A stretch of DNA of 64,000 bases. It comes from Ignavibacteria bacterium (GTDB lineage: Bacteria > Bacteroidota > Ignavibacteria > Tepidaquicellales > Tepidaquicellaceae). The notes under the pieces are model-generated. The model made no database searches and was not told the origin of the DNA. It was given only the letters and a program-made list of their open reading frames with translations. The stretch is from NCBI GenBank assembly GCA_049317745.1, contig JBMOHR010000002.1:9997-73996 (forward strand), written 5' to 3'. Each line of letters begins with the position of its first letter. Position 1 is the first letter of the stretch. Shown piece by piece: positions 42,131-52,099 of this stretch. The position numbers were made by a program, and so were the translations under genes.

Positions 42131-42367
42131 ATAATGATAGAACGAAATCTTGTCCTGCCTTCCCAAGCTGGAGTTTGAGGAAGGAGGGAGTTAAAATTAT
42201 ATATTGTGCGTCAATGGAAAGGAGGAAAATTCAAAATTATTTAAGACATCCTCACCTTTAAACCCCCTTCCGCCATAACGAATCTCCTACCAAAGAACTG
42301 AGGTTGGAACTAATTGGAATGAAAAGTGTATTAATTATTAATACTTAAGATAAATCAGAATTATCAG

Positions 42368-43471
42368 ATGAGAAAAATATTAGTTGTAATGCTTATTGCG
42401 TTAAGCAGTTTGAGTTTTGCGAATATGGCATCGCCTTACAGGGATGGGACGAAGGTTGCCAATGCGTTTACAAGCAGTGAGATTGACATACTGAAGGAAA
42501 GAATTAACGTAACGCTGAATAAGGAAAGTGCAACTGCAAATTACGTGGTGGAATACTTTATCAGGACTGATAAAGACGGGAAACAGATACCGCTGTTGTT
42601 TTATGCTATGGAGTACAGAGGTGATTTTAAAGTATGGGTTGACGGAAAAGAAGTGTCGGTTCAGAAGATTCCTGATGATTATACAGGAAAGACATTTGAA
42701 GGGTTTGCTAAGTCGTATGAGAATAAGGATATAGATAAAGCTGAGGTTGCGATAAAGTGGAGAGATAATTCAAGCATTGTATACAAGTTATGGGATTTGA
42801 AGTACTTTGAAGTTGATTTAAGCAAAGGCGAGCATACTATAAGAATTGAATACACAGCAAACGTATGGGAGAACAGGTCGAAGTGGGTAAAGGAATACGG
42901 ATACAGGTATTCACTCTCCCCTGCCAGAAACTGGAAGAGCTTTGGGACATTTGAGATAACTGTTGATGCAAGAGGGTTCGGTGAAGAATTGAAAACGAAC
43001 CTTGGGAAGCAGGAAAGCGGAAATCAGGATTCGGCAGTATGGAAGTTTAATAAGTTACCGGGAGATTATTTTGAAATAACTTATGTACCAAAGATAAGTT
43101 CGATGGCTGATTTCCTGATTGGAATAGAGCCATTTGGACTAGCAGCAATAATCGGTTTCTTCTTATGGATTATTCATTTGTTTCTGACGTGGAGATACAG
43201 GAGAGGAAATCCCAGGAAGAGATTCTCGTGGGTAATGATTTTGGGAAGTCTGGTAGTTCCTGCGATAGTGTTGTTTTATTATGTTTATTCGTATGACATA
43301 ATTGACAGTGCAATTGGTGTACATGCGAGCAGATATCACGGATATAATTTTCTGGTGGTGTTTATATATCCTGTGCTAATGCCTGTTTATCTGATAGTTA
43401 TGTGGATAGTGGACAGAATGATGAGGAAAAGGGTGGAAAAACACCTTATAGCAGAAGACAAAAGGAAATAA
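42368..43471 (+). CDS. Hypothetical membrane protein (secreted beta-rich N-domain plus 3 C-terminal TM helices)
   Basis: Signal peptide (MLIALSSLSFA), ~230-aa beta-rich domain, then three hydrophobic helices and a basic tail. No family recognised. Confidence 0.5.
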   Translation: MRKILVVMLIALSSLSFANMASPYRDGTKVANAFTSSEIDILKERINVTLNKESATANYVVEYFIRTDKDGKQIPLLFYAMEYRGDFKVWVDGKEVSVQKIPDDYTGKTFEGFAKSYENKDIDKAEVAIKWRDNSSIVYKLWDLKYFEVDLSKGEHTIRIEYTANVWENRSKWVKEYGYRYSLSPARNWKSFGTFEITVDARGFGEELKTNLGKQESGNQDSAVWKFNKLPGDYFEITYVPKISSMADFLIGIEPFGLAAIIGFFLWIIHLFLTWRYRRGNPRKRFSWVMILGSLVVPAIVLFYYVYSYDIIDSAIGVHASRYHGYNFLVVFIYPVLMPVYLIVMWIVDRMMRKRVEKHLIAEDKRK

Positions 43472-43548
43472 ATTGAATGTTCAACCCGCCACGGCGAGTT
43501 GGAGTGTTTTTATACTTACCCCCGGCTACGCCGGGGGTTATTAATATT

Positions 43549-43568
43549 AAACCCCTTCGGGGTTTTTT
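43549..43568 (+). terminator. Intrinsic terminator after 42368..43471
   Basis: AAACCCC-TTC-GGGGTTT hairpin followed by a T6 run. It is preceded by a second GC hairpin, CCCCCGGC-TAC-GCCGGGGG, at 43519-43537. Confidence 0.7.
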
Positions 43569-43768
43569 AGGATATTTATTTCTTGAAGATGGGTTTGTCT
43601 TATTCTTCTTTCCTTTGAGTAAAATGAACCCTTCGGGTTTTGCCGTGGGGTTATTCATATTAGACCACTTGGAGTTTTAAAAAACAGGGTTTTCCTCCTA
43701 TTCATTGACTTGTTATTCGTAAGTAAAATGAGTAAAATTGAGGTTTATTTTAAATTTTAAATGGAATT

Positions 43769-45526
43769 ATGAAGAGCCAAAAAACATTATTTTTGTTACT
43801 AATTATTTCTATTATGACGTCTGTTTTCTTTGTAACAGGTTGTAATAAGAAGAACAAAACCGTAGTTGCTGATATCGGCAATGAGAAAATTTACATGTAT
43901 CAGTTCGAAGATCAATTTGTTAAATCGATAGGAAACAACCTTGATTCGGCAAAGAAAACTACCATAGAACAGAGAAAAGAGTTTCTTGAGTTGATGATAA
44001 AGTTAAAACTTAAGGTTTTAGATGCCACAGAAAAGGGATATTTGAATTCACCTGAAATCAAGGCAGACCTTGAAACATACAAGAAGAATTATTTATCAGC
44101 CTTTTTAATCGATAAAAAAGTAACTGAACCTTACATCAAAGACCTTTATGAGAAGAAGAAATTTGAAGTAAGAGCATCACATATATTAATAAACTTACCA
44201 CAAACAGCAACAGCAGAAGATTCGGTTAAAGCATATCAAAAGGCAACCGTAGTAATCGACAAATTGAATGCAGGCGGAGATTTTTCGGAAGTAGCGAAAG
44301 AGTTTTCGGAAGACCCATCGGCAAAAGGCAACGGCGGTGACCTGTATTATTTCACAGGTGGTATGACTGTACCTGAATTTGAAGACGAAGTATTCAAACT
44401 GAAACCTGGTGAATACACAAAGAAACCAGTAAGAACAATGTTTGGACTTCACATCGTAAAAGTAACAGACAAGAAGAAAAGAAACGACGGAATCAAAGCA
44501 TCACATATTTTAATTCAGGACCAGAGAGACAGTGCAGGAGCAATCCTTGATTCATCAGTTTCATTGAAGAAGATAAATGAAATTTACGGTAAATTAAAAG
44601 GCGGTGAAGATTTTGGAAAGTTAGCAACAGAATTTTCACAGGATCCGGGTTCAGCACCAAAGGGCGGTGACCTTGGTTTCTTCGACAGAAGAAGAATGGT
44701 ACAGCCGTTTGACAGTGCAGCGTTCTCATTAAAGGTTGGAGATTATTCAACGCCAGTAAGAACACCATACGGATGGCATATCATTAAAATTACTGAAATA
44801 AAAGAATATCCCGAATTTGAAAAGGCAAAAGAGAACTTAAAGAATGAGTTTAAGAGAAGCATGCAGTATAAGACCGAATACGATAAATATGTAGTAAAGG
44901 CATTGACAGATTACAAACTTGAAATTGATAAGAACGGAGCATCATTCTTATTCTCAAGAGTTGATACCAGCAAGGCACTTGCTACGTATAACATAGACAG
45001 TGCATTCACTGAAGCAGAAAGAGGAACGAAATTAGCAAGTTACAACGGCGGTTTCGTGACATTGATGGACTTATTACAGTTTTTACAGGTAAACAAAGAG
45101 TATTCGTCATCAAACCTGAATTCAGCAACTTTCAAGAAGATGCTTAACGATATAGCAGCAGCACCGGTATTGTTCATAGTTGCTCAGAAAGAAAACATTG
45201 AAAAAGACGAAGACTATTTAGAATTAATGAATGAATACACTTCAGGTCTTTTAAGAGAAAAGATTGACCTTGAAGAGATATCTAGTAAGATAAAAATCAG
45301 TGATGAGGATATAAACGCTTATTACAATTCACACATTGCACAGTACACCATCAAAGACGGTGAGACAGAAAAAACAAGAACAGTTGATGAAGTGAAAGCA
45401 GAGATTACAAATTCACTCAGACAGGACAAGTTTGTGCAGATGGAAAAGGTTTACGTAGACGGACTGAAACTAAAGTATCCTGTTAAGATAAACGATGAGG
45501 CATTAAAAAAAGCATTTAAAGATTAA
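43769..45526 (+). CDS. Peptidyl-prolyl cis-trans isomerase lipoprotein with two parvulin (PpiC) domains
   Basis: Lipobox (FFVTGC). Two rotamase domains (ASHILI...GGDLYYF...FGLHIVKV and ASHILI...GGDLGFF...YGWHIIKI). Confidence 0.85.
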   Translation: MKSQKTLFLLLIISIMTSVFFVTGCNKKNKTVVADIGNEKIYMYQFEDQFVKSIGNNLDSAKKTTIEQRKEFLELMIKLKLKVLDATEKGYLNSPEIKADLETYKKNYLSAFLIDKKVTEPYIKDLYEKKKFEVRASHILINLPQTATAEDSVKAYQKATVVIDKLNAGGDFSEVAKEFSEDPSAKGNGGDLYYFTGGMTVPEFEDEVFKLKPGEYTKKPVRTMFGLHIVKVTDKKKRNDGIKASHILIQDQRDSAGAILDSSVSLKKINEIYGKLKGGEDFGKLATEFSQDPGSAPKGGDLGFFDRRRMVQPFDSAAFSLKVGDYSTPVRTPYGWHIIKITEIKEYPEFEKAKENLKNEFKRSMQYKTEYDKYVVKALTDYKLEIDKNGASFLFSRVDTSKALATYNIDSAFTEAERGTKLASYNGGFVTLMDLLQFLQVNKEYSSSNLNSATFKKMLNDIAAAPVLFIVAQKENIEKDEDYLELMNEYTSGLLREKIDLEEISSKIKISDEDINAYYNSHIAQYTIKDGETEKTRTVDEVKAEITNSLRQDKFVQMEKVYVDGLKLKYPVKINDEALKKAFKD

Positions 45527-45532
45527 CATAAT

Positions 45533-46822
45533 TTGAATATTAAATTTATAAGAATATTATTCCTGTCGCTATTCTTTTTGACAGCATTGAATTTCGTTCA
45601 TGCTCAAAAAGAAGGTGACAGGATAATTGCTATTGTTGGTAATGAAATAATCCTTGAATCGGATTTACAGTATCAGATGCAGATGTATGCAAGACAGAAT
45701 AATATCACTTCGATGAATCCTGTAATTGCACAGCAGATATTTCAGCAAATGATAACTGATAAAATTATTCTGGCAAAAGCAGAGCAGGACAGTATAGTTG
45801 TAAAGGATGAAGAAGTTAACAAAGAACTTGATTACAGGTTAAAATCATTAATTCAGCAGGTTGGTTCTGAGCAAAGGATACAGGAAGTTTACGGTATGCC
45901 TTTGGTTAAGATAAGATTAACACTGAAGGAAGACCTGGTTAAGAAAATGATGTCGGATAAATTGAAGAGGAAGAAATTCAGCAATCCTGTTAAGGTAAGC
46001 GACAAAGAAGTAAGAGATTTTTATGCGAATTTTAAAGATTCATTACCACCTGCTAACGAAGAACTTGAGATGTCCCATATATTCATGTCGAGGAAACTTA
46101 CTGAAGCAGAGAAACAATTATCTAAATCGAAAGCACTTCAGATACTGGACAGCATAAAAGCAGGAATTGATTTTTCAGAACTTTCAAAGCGTAATTCAGA
46201 CGACAAAGGTTCTGCGATAAACGGCGGAGATTTAGGTTTTGCAAAGAAGGGTGTATTTGTTAAGGAGTTTGACGAAGCGTTATACAAGCTAAAGATAGAT
46301 GAAGTTTCAGATGTGGTTGAAACAGAATTCGGTTACCACATAATAAAGTTAAAAGAACAAAAGGGTGATCTTGTCAGAGCACAGCATATACTTGTAGCAT
46401 TTAAGAAATTGGAATCTTCCGATTTTGAGACAATATCGCTATTGAACAACATAAAAGACAGTATACTTTCCGGAAAACTTACATTCGAGAAAGCAGCCCT
46501 GTTGTATTCACAGGATCTAGAAACAAACACAAAAGAAGGTTATTTAGGTTTTATCTCGGTTGATAAGCTTGACAGTAATTATGTTGAGGAGTTAAACAAA
46601 CTGCAGATAGGAGAAATCAGTAAGCCATTAAAATCAGGTGATGACAATAATTACGGGTATGAACTTATGAAGATAAAAAGTAAAGTTGCGCCGCATAAAC
46701 TATCTTTAGAAACCGATTACGAGAGAATAAAGAAATACGCAAGTGCTATAAAAGATAACAAAGCATACGAAGCGTGGATTGAGGAACTGAAAAAATCTAT
46801 TTATGTAGATATTAAATTCTAG
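45533..46822 (+). CDS. SurA-like periplasmic chaperone / parvulin PPIase
   Basis: Signal peptide, SurA-N-like region (IIAIVGNEIILESDL), parvulin domains (GGDLGFAKKG...FGYHIIKL). TTG start as in the ORF track. Confidence 0.8.
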   Translation: MNIKFIRILFLSLFFLTALNFVHAQKEGDRIIAIVGNEIILESDLQYQMQMYARQNNITSMNPVIAQQIFQQMITDKIILAKAEQDSIVVKDEEVNKELDYRLKSLIQQVGSEQRIQEVYGMPLVKIRLTLKEDLVKKMMSDKLKRKKFSNPVKVSDKEVRDFYANFKDSLPPANEELEMSHIFMSRKLTEAEKQLSKSKALQILDSIKAGIDFSELSKRNSDDKGSAINGGDLGFAKKGVFVKEFDEALYKLKIDEVSDVVETEFGYHIIKLKEQKGDLVRAQHILVAFKKLESSDFETISLLNNIKDSILSGKLTFEKAALLYSQDLETNTKEGYLGFISVDKLDSNYVEELNKLQIGEISKPLKSGDDNNYGYELMKIKSKVAPHKLSLETDYERIKKYASAIKDNKAYEAWIEELKKSIYVDIKF

Positions 46823-46825
46823 CAA

Positions 46826-48895
46826 ATGAATATCTTCTCTGGAAGTATATGGTATTATTTAATTATTCTTGTACTTTTAGTATTTTCTGCCGGAATAGCA
46901 TATTTTATTTACAGAAATGAAGAGTTAAGCGATTTTAAAAGAGCGATATTAGTTTTCTTAAGAACTGTATCGCTTTTTTTAATACTCCTGTTATTAATAA
47001 ATCCATTCACGGAGGGTTTAAAGAAATCCTCTTACAAACCTGTAAACGCTGTATTAATTGATAACAGTTTAAGCAACAGAATTGAGAACAGAATTGAAAC
47101 CATACCAAATGTTTTAAAGAATCTGGTATCGGGAAACTCTGACATAGATTATTATGTGTTCGGCAGTAAACTTCTTAAGAAGGAAAAGGAGTACAGTCAG
47201 GACAGCACTTTATATTACAAATATTCCACAAACCTTTCTAAGACACTCGACGACATTAACACATTCGCAGATTTATCAGTTAATTCATTCACAATAGTTT
47301 CTGACGGACAAATTAACGAAGGAAACAACCTGTTAAATACTGCAAAGAAATTTAACGTACCATTCCACTATGTATTAACAGGAGATACTGTTCAGAAAAG
47401 AGACTTAGTGCTCAGAGGTATAAACAGAAACAAGCAGGTATTCGTAAACAGTTTAACAAAAGTTTTTGTAACTGTTAATTCTTACGGATACAATAAAGAC
47501 ATAAAAGTTAATTTATACGAAAACGATGTTAAAATTAATACAAACCCGATAAGAGTAAATAACGATACATACGAATATGTAACATCTTTCGATTTAATAT
47601 CCGCAGATCAGGGAATTAAGAAATATAAGGCAGAGATTGAAACGGAAAATGATGAAATTACACAAGCGAACAATTCGGAAGTATTTTACATAAAATATGC
47701 AGACAATAACATCAATGTACTTGTGATTGCAGGCAGTCCTTCTTCAGATGTATCTTCATTAAAGCAGGCATTAAGCACAACGGAAAATTTCAAAGCAGAC
47801 TACAGAATCCAGAAACAGAGCAATGAATATTACGACGGTGACTTACCTGATTTCAGGAATTACAACGTTGTTTTACTGAACGGGTTTCCCACAGATATAA
47901 CGAGCGAGGAACAAATCAGTAAGATTAAGAAAAAACTGAGCGAGGTTAATATTCCGTTAGTGTTTATCAATTCGTCGAATGTATCTTTTGATAAGCTGAG
48001 AGAATTGCAGAACTACCTTCCATTTGTAGTAAATGATATTAACAAGAAAGAGTTTAAGAGTAACATCAGGATTACAGCAAACAGTACAACAGATAAGGCA
48101 GACCTGTTAAGAAAATTTAATGTATATCCTCAATCTTTTTTCTACAAGGAGGCATTCAGTATTAAGCCAAATTCAACGGTATTGGGTTTAACTTCACAGA
48201 ACAGTGAACCTGCTATCGTGACAGATAACACATCAGGTACAAAGTCTGCAGGGTTTTTAGGATACGGGTATTTCAAATGGAATCTGAATGTACAGGGAAA
48301 TTATAATTTCCTTCAAGGACTTATATCCACTATGATAAACCTGACGGTAGATGAAAACACAAAAGACAGATTTGTGTTAACAGCAAACAAGGATTACTAT
48401 GCAGTCAGTGAAGATATTCTTTTCAGTTCATATTTCAGAGAATCGGACCCGCTTAAAAAGTATGAGGTAAAGATTAATATCTCAGGAAACGGAAAGAATG
48501 AAGTTTTGGGATTAAACCAGACGAACAATAATAGTTTTGGAGTGGAGCACAGAATCTTTGAAAAGGGCGATTATACTGTTAAGGGAGATTTATATGAGAA
48601 CGGTAATTACATTACGAGTACTGCAGCGAGAATAACCGTAGGTGAGGCAGTGGATGAGTTTAAAGAAACAAGAGCAAAAGAAGATATACTTAAAGAACTA
48701 GCATACAGGACAAAAGGTTACAATCTTTCATTGAAGGATAAATCTGAAATTTCGGAGTTATTTAAATCCAGAAATGAAGACGTAAAGTCTATATCCGTAA
48801 AGACATTATTCCGTAATTCATTTTTGTATTTAATATTGATAATAGTTTTATTATCTATAGAGTGGTATATAAGAAAAAGATCTAATTTAGTTTAG
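46826..48895 (+). CDS. Large membrane-anchored hypothetical protein (BatA-like N-terminal double-TM, C-terminal TM anchor)
   Basis: Two N-terminal TM helices separated by a short loop, ending LLLLINPF. One C-terminal TM helix (FLYLILIIVLLSIEWYI). No catalytic motif recognised. Confidence 0.5.
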   Translation: MNIFSGSIWYYLIILVLLVFSAGIAYFIYRNEELSDFKRAILVFLRTVSLFLILLLLINPFTEGLKKSSYKPVNAVLIDNSLSNRIENRIETIPNVLKNLVSGNSDIDYYVFGSKLLKKEKEYSQDSTLYYKYSTNLSKTLDDINTFADLSVNSFTIVSDGQINEGNNLLNTAKKFNVPFHYVLTGDTVQKRDLVLRGINRNKQVFVNSLTKVFVTVNSYGYNKDIKVNLYENDVKINTNPIRVNNDTYEYVTSFDLISADQGIKKYKAEIETENDEITQANNSEVFYIKYADNNINVLVIAGSPSSDVSSLKQALSTTENFKADYRIQKQSNEYYDGDLPDFRNYNVVLLNGFPTDITSEEQISKIKKKLSEVNIPLVFINSSNVSFDKLRELQNYLPFVVNDINKKEFKSNIRITANSTTDKADLLRKFNVYPQSFFYKEAFSIKPNSTVLGLTSQNSEPAIVTDNTSGTKSAGFLGYGYFKWNLNVQGNYNFLQGLISTMINLTVDENTKDRFVLTANKDYYAVSEDILFSSYFRESDPLKKYEVKINISGNGKNEVLGLNQTNNNSFGVEHRIFEKGDYTVKGDLYENGNYITSTAARITVGEAVDEFKETRAKEDILKELAYRTKGYNLSLKDKSEISELFKSRNEDVKSISVKTLFRNSFLYLILIIVLLSIEWYIRKRSNLV

Positions 48896-49002
48896 AAATG
48901 ACAAATCGGGATTAGAAAAGATACTTTAAGTCTATAATATTTTGTTAAGCATAAAGGGTTTTCAGAACAAAAAGGTTCAATAATTTTAAATATAATTCAA
49001 AG

Positions 49003-50316
49003 ATGCGATTCAGGAAATATTTAATATTCGTTTTCTTGTTAATGAACACAAGTTTAATTTTTTCACAACAATACTGGTTAAATTCATACAGTCCTACTAA
49101 CATTAATATAAAGAGTGCAACATTTTTAGACAGTATAAACGGATGGGTAAGCGGTGACTCAGGTTTAATAATGCACACATCAAACGGAGGTCTGAACTGG
49201 TCTATACAGAACTCGAAGTCAAAGGCTGCCATTCATGATATTTTCTTTTTGAACAAAAGATTAGGATGGGCACTTGGCTGGAACGTATACAATCCGGTAC
49301 CTCCATACGGCACATATTATTTCAAAACAACAGACGGTGGTATTAACTGGGATACATCATTTTTCCCTGTAGAGAATGTGTATATCAGAAAAGTATTTTT
49401 CCAGGATTCACTGTACGGGTTTTTAGGAGGTGCTTACAAGAATCTTATGAGGACTACTGACGCAGGAGCTAACTGGCTGGATGTTGAAATTGATTCTTTA
49501 TCAGTAATGCAATTCCCTGTTGCAAACTTCGCGTTTTACAACAACAACTACGGATACGCAGTTGGCGGTGTAATGGATATAGCTGGAATAATATGGAGGA
49601 CAACAAACAGAGGAGTGCGATGGACTCCATTCATTGTTTCACCTGAACCGAATTTAGATATGGTATTTTTTGATTCATTACGAATACTTGGGTTCGGTGG
49701 TGACTTTGAATACGGGGCAAGTATTATTACTACTACAAATTCCGGAACAAACTGGAAATATTCGTCCCTTGAAATATTTGGTTTGCCAACGGTTCTTGCA
49801 TTCAGGGACCTTCGGGACGGATGGGGGTCTTTAGGATATACGAGAACATTTATATTTACTCAGGACAGTGGTAAATCGTTTACGCAGCTTAACACTCCTG
49901 ATTCATCCGTAATAAACGAAATTGTTTTTCCGGATAAAAGACACGGGTTTGCATTTGGAGAAAACGGAAAAATCCTGAAATTCAATTATTCGACTGTTGG
50001 CATAAGGAATGAGAATTTAGTTGCAGTGAAGAGTTTTGATTTAAAACAGAATTACCCTAACCCATTTAACCCATTGACAACTATTTCTTATGAAATTGAA
50101 AGTAATAGTTATGTAGTGCTAAAAGTGTTTGATGTAACAGGCAAAGAGATAAGGATGCTGTATAACGGGTACCAGAACAAAGGAAAATACAACCTAAAAT
50201 TTGGTAGTGACAATTTGCCTTCTGGTGTGTATCTTTATCAAATAGTTATAAGGGATTTAACGGGAAAGAGTAATGACTTCTTCACGCAGACAAAGAAAAT
50301 GCTTTTAATTAAATAA
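49003..50316 (+). CDS. BNR/Ycf48-like beta-propeller protein with T9SS C-terminal sorting domain
   Basis: Signal peptide. Repeated motifs (TSNGGLNW, TTDGGINW, TTDAGANW, TTNRGVRW, TTNSGTNW, TQDSGKSF). C-terminus KQNYPNPFNP...LPSGVYLYQ...KKMLLIK. Paralog of 1164..2435. Confidence 0.75.
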   Translation: MRFRKYLIFVFLLMNTSLIFSQQYWLNSYSPTNINIKSATFLDSINGWVSGDSGLIMHTSNGGLNWSIQNSKSKAAIHDIFFLNKRLGWALGWNVYNPVPPYGTYYFKTTDGGINWDTSFFPVENVYIRKVFFQDSLYGFLGGAYKNLMRTTDAGANWLDVEIDSLSVMQFPVANFAFYNNNYGYAVGGVMDIAGIIWRTTNRGVRWTPFIVSPEPNLDMVFFDSLRILGFGGDFEYGASIITTTNSGTNWKYSSLEIFGLPTVLAFRDLRDGWGSLGYTRTFIFTQDSGKSFTQLNTPDSSVINEIVFPDKRHGFAFGENGKILKFNYSTVGIRNENLVAVKSFDLKQNYPNPFNPLTTISYEIESNSYVVLKVFDVTGKEIRMLYNGYQNKGKYNLKFGSDNLPSGVYLYQIVIRDLTGKSNDFFTQTKKMLLIK

Positions 50317-50341
50317 CTTTATAAACTACAATAAATATTAC

Positions 50342-51184
50342 ATGAGAAAATTTATTCTGCTCTTTCTAGTAGCATTTTTCGTAACGGGAATTGCCTACTC
50401 ACAGCAAGTATTAACAACAGCCAATAAAAAACCATTTGTAACCATTGAAACATCGGGGTCGTTTGAACTTCCTATAATGGATTTAAAAGCTACTAATGGA
50501 ATAGGTGGATTTTACAAATTCACTGATTATGGTGCAAAAACAGGATTCGGCACTGCTCTTAATGTCAAATTTGCAGTTTATAATGCAAAGACAACCCAAC
50601 TTAGAACTTACGTTACTTTTGGATATTCACAGTTTGTGAATGATGAGGCAAAAGCCTACAATTATTCCGAAGCGGGATGGGTCCATCCTGGATATCCGCA
50701 CATAAATCCTCTTACAGGATTACCTTATCAAAACGTTACCGATGCACAGGGCATCAGTAATATGAGAATGAACATTCCATACATCGCACTTGGCTGCGAG
50801 CTTGGTGTTTACACTGATAAGAGACTCCGTTCATCTTTCAACTTCGGCCTTGATTACGTTTTCAGCGTTATCTTCGGTAAGTATTATCAGACAATCAACG
50901 GGCAGACAGAAACATTTACTACATTAAATTCAAACTTAAGAACAGGTATCGGACTGAACACAACTTATTCATACAAGTTCAGCGATGTAGTCGGTTTTCA
51001 TGTAGGAACTCGTTTTGTTCTTCCAAATTTATTCGGCAAGGCTTCAGATATGTCAGACGGTGACGCAGCGGTATATCTTCTTGACAAAGGGAACTCCTCT
51101 TTGAATCCAAGTTTATCGAACAACAGAAACATAGGATACTTCAAATTTTTTGGAGGACTTTCGCTGTTTTTGGGTAAAAAGTAA
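50342..51184 (+). CDS. Outer-membrane beta-barrel protein (tandem paralog 1)
   Basis: Signal peptide. Long stretches identical or similar to 51244..52074 (e.g. ITIETSGSFELPIMDL, FHVGTRFVLPNL, YFKFFGGLS). Confidence 0.6.
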   Translation: MRKFILLFLVAFFVTGIAYSQQVLTTANKKPFVTIETSGSFELPIMDLKATNGIGGFYKFTDYGAKTGFGTALNVKFAVYNAKTTQLRTYVTFGYSQFVNDEAKAYNYSEAGWVHPGYPHINPLTGLPYQNVTDAQGISNMRMNIPYIALGCELGVYTDKRLRSSFNFGLDYVFSVIFGKYYQTINGQTETFTTLNSNLRTGIGLNTTYSYKFSDVVGFHVGTRFVLPNLFGKASDMSDGDAAVYLLDKGNSSLNPSLSNNRNIGYFKFFGGLSLFLGKK

Positions 51185-51243
51185 CGGTATAAATGAAGGA
51201 AATTTATTAATTAAATAATTTAGTTAACTTAATTATAAAGGTT

Positions 51244-52074
51244 ATGAGAAAATTAACATTACTATTATTAGCAGCGTTCTTCATCACAGGAGTTGCCATC
51301 TCTCAAGAGGTTTTAACATCTGCAAACAAGAAACCCCTAATTACGATTGAAACATCGGGTTCGTTTGAACTTCCGATAATGGATTTGGCAGCAAAGAGCG
51401 GAATAGGCGGGTTCTGGAATTTTACCGATTACGGTGCTAGTACAGGGTTCGGAACAGCAGTTAACGTTAAGTTTGCAGTTTATACTGCAAAGAAAATTCA
51501 ACTGCGCAATTATGTCACGTTCGGCTACTCACACTTTGTAAATGATGAAGCCTCAGCATACATAACACCAGGCGGTACTGTAAACGGGCAAGCTAATCCT
51601 CCTTATCCTTACGGTTCAGGCACTGCGGTAAAAACTTCGGGTATCAGCAACATGAGATTAAACATGCCATCTTTAGCATTAGGAATAGAACTTGGTGTTT
51701 ACACGGATATGAGAAACCGTTCTTCGTTTAATTTCGGCTTGGATTATAACTTCACAGTTATTACAGGAAGATATTACCAAACCGTAAACGGAAGTCCGGA
51801 AACATTCACAACTTTAAGGTCAAACTTAAGAAACGGTATCGGGCTGAATGCATCCTATTCGTTAAAGTTCAGCGAAGTAGTTGGTTTCCACGTTGGGACA
51901 AGGTTTGTATTACCAAACTTAATAGGCAAGTCAGCGGAAATGACAGACGGAAGTGCTTATGCTTACATTCTTGACAAAGCTAACACAACACTTAACCCGA
52001 ATTTATCCAGTAACAGAACAATGGCCTATTTTAAATTCTTCGGAGGTCTGTCGATATTCATTGGGAAGATGTAG
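51244..52074 (+). CDS. Outer-membrane beta-barrel protein (tandem paralog 2)
   Basis: Same architecture and extensive identity with 50342..51184. Confidence 0.6.
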   Translation: MRKLTLLLLAAFFITGVAISQEVLTSANKKPLITIETSGSFELPIMDLAAKSGIGGFWNFTDYGASTGFGTAVNVKFAVYTAKKIQLRNYVTFGYSHFVNDEASAYITPGGTVNGQANPPYPYGSGTAVKTSGISNMRLNMPSLALGIELGVYTDMRNRSSFNFGLDYNFTVITGRYYQTVNGSPETFTTLRSNLRNGIGLNASYSLKFSEVVGFHVGTRFVLPNLIGKSAEMTDGSAYAYILDKANTTLNPNLSSNRTMAYFKFFGGLSIFIGKM

Positions 52075-52099
52075 AACACTTAAAGATATTATTTTTAAA

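Noticed and set aside
43446-43680. ORFs 43446..43658 (-) and 43477..43680 (+)
   Set aside because: They overlap on opposite strands and run through three GC-rich palindromic hairpins, which keep both strands open by symmetry. The Pro/Gly/Arg-rich products come from the hairpin sequence, so these are not called as genes.
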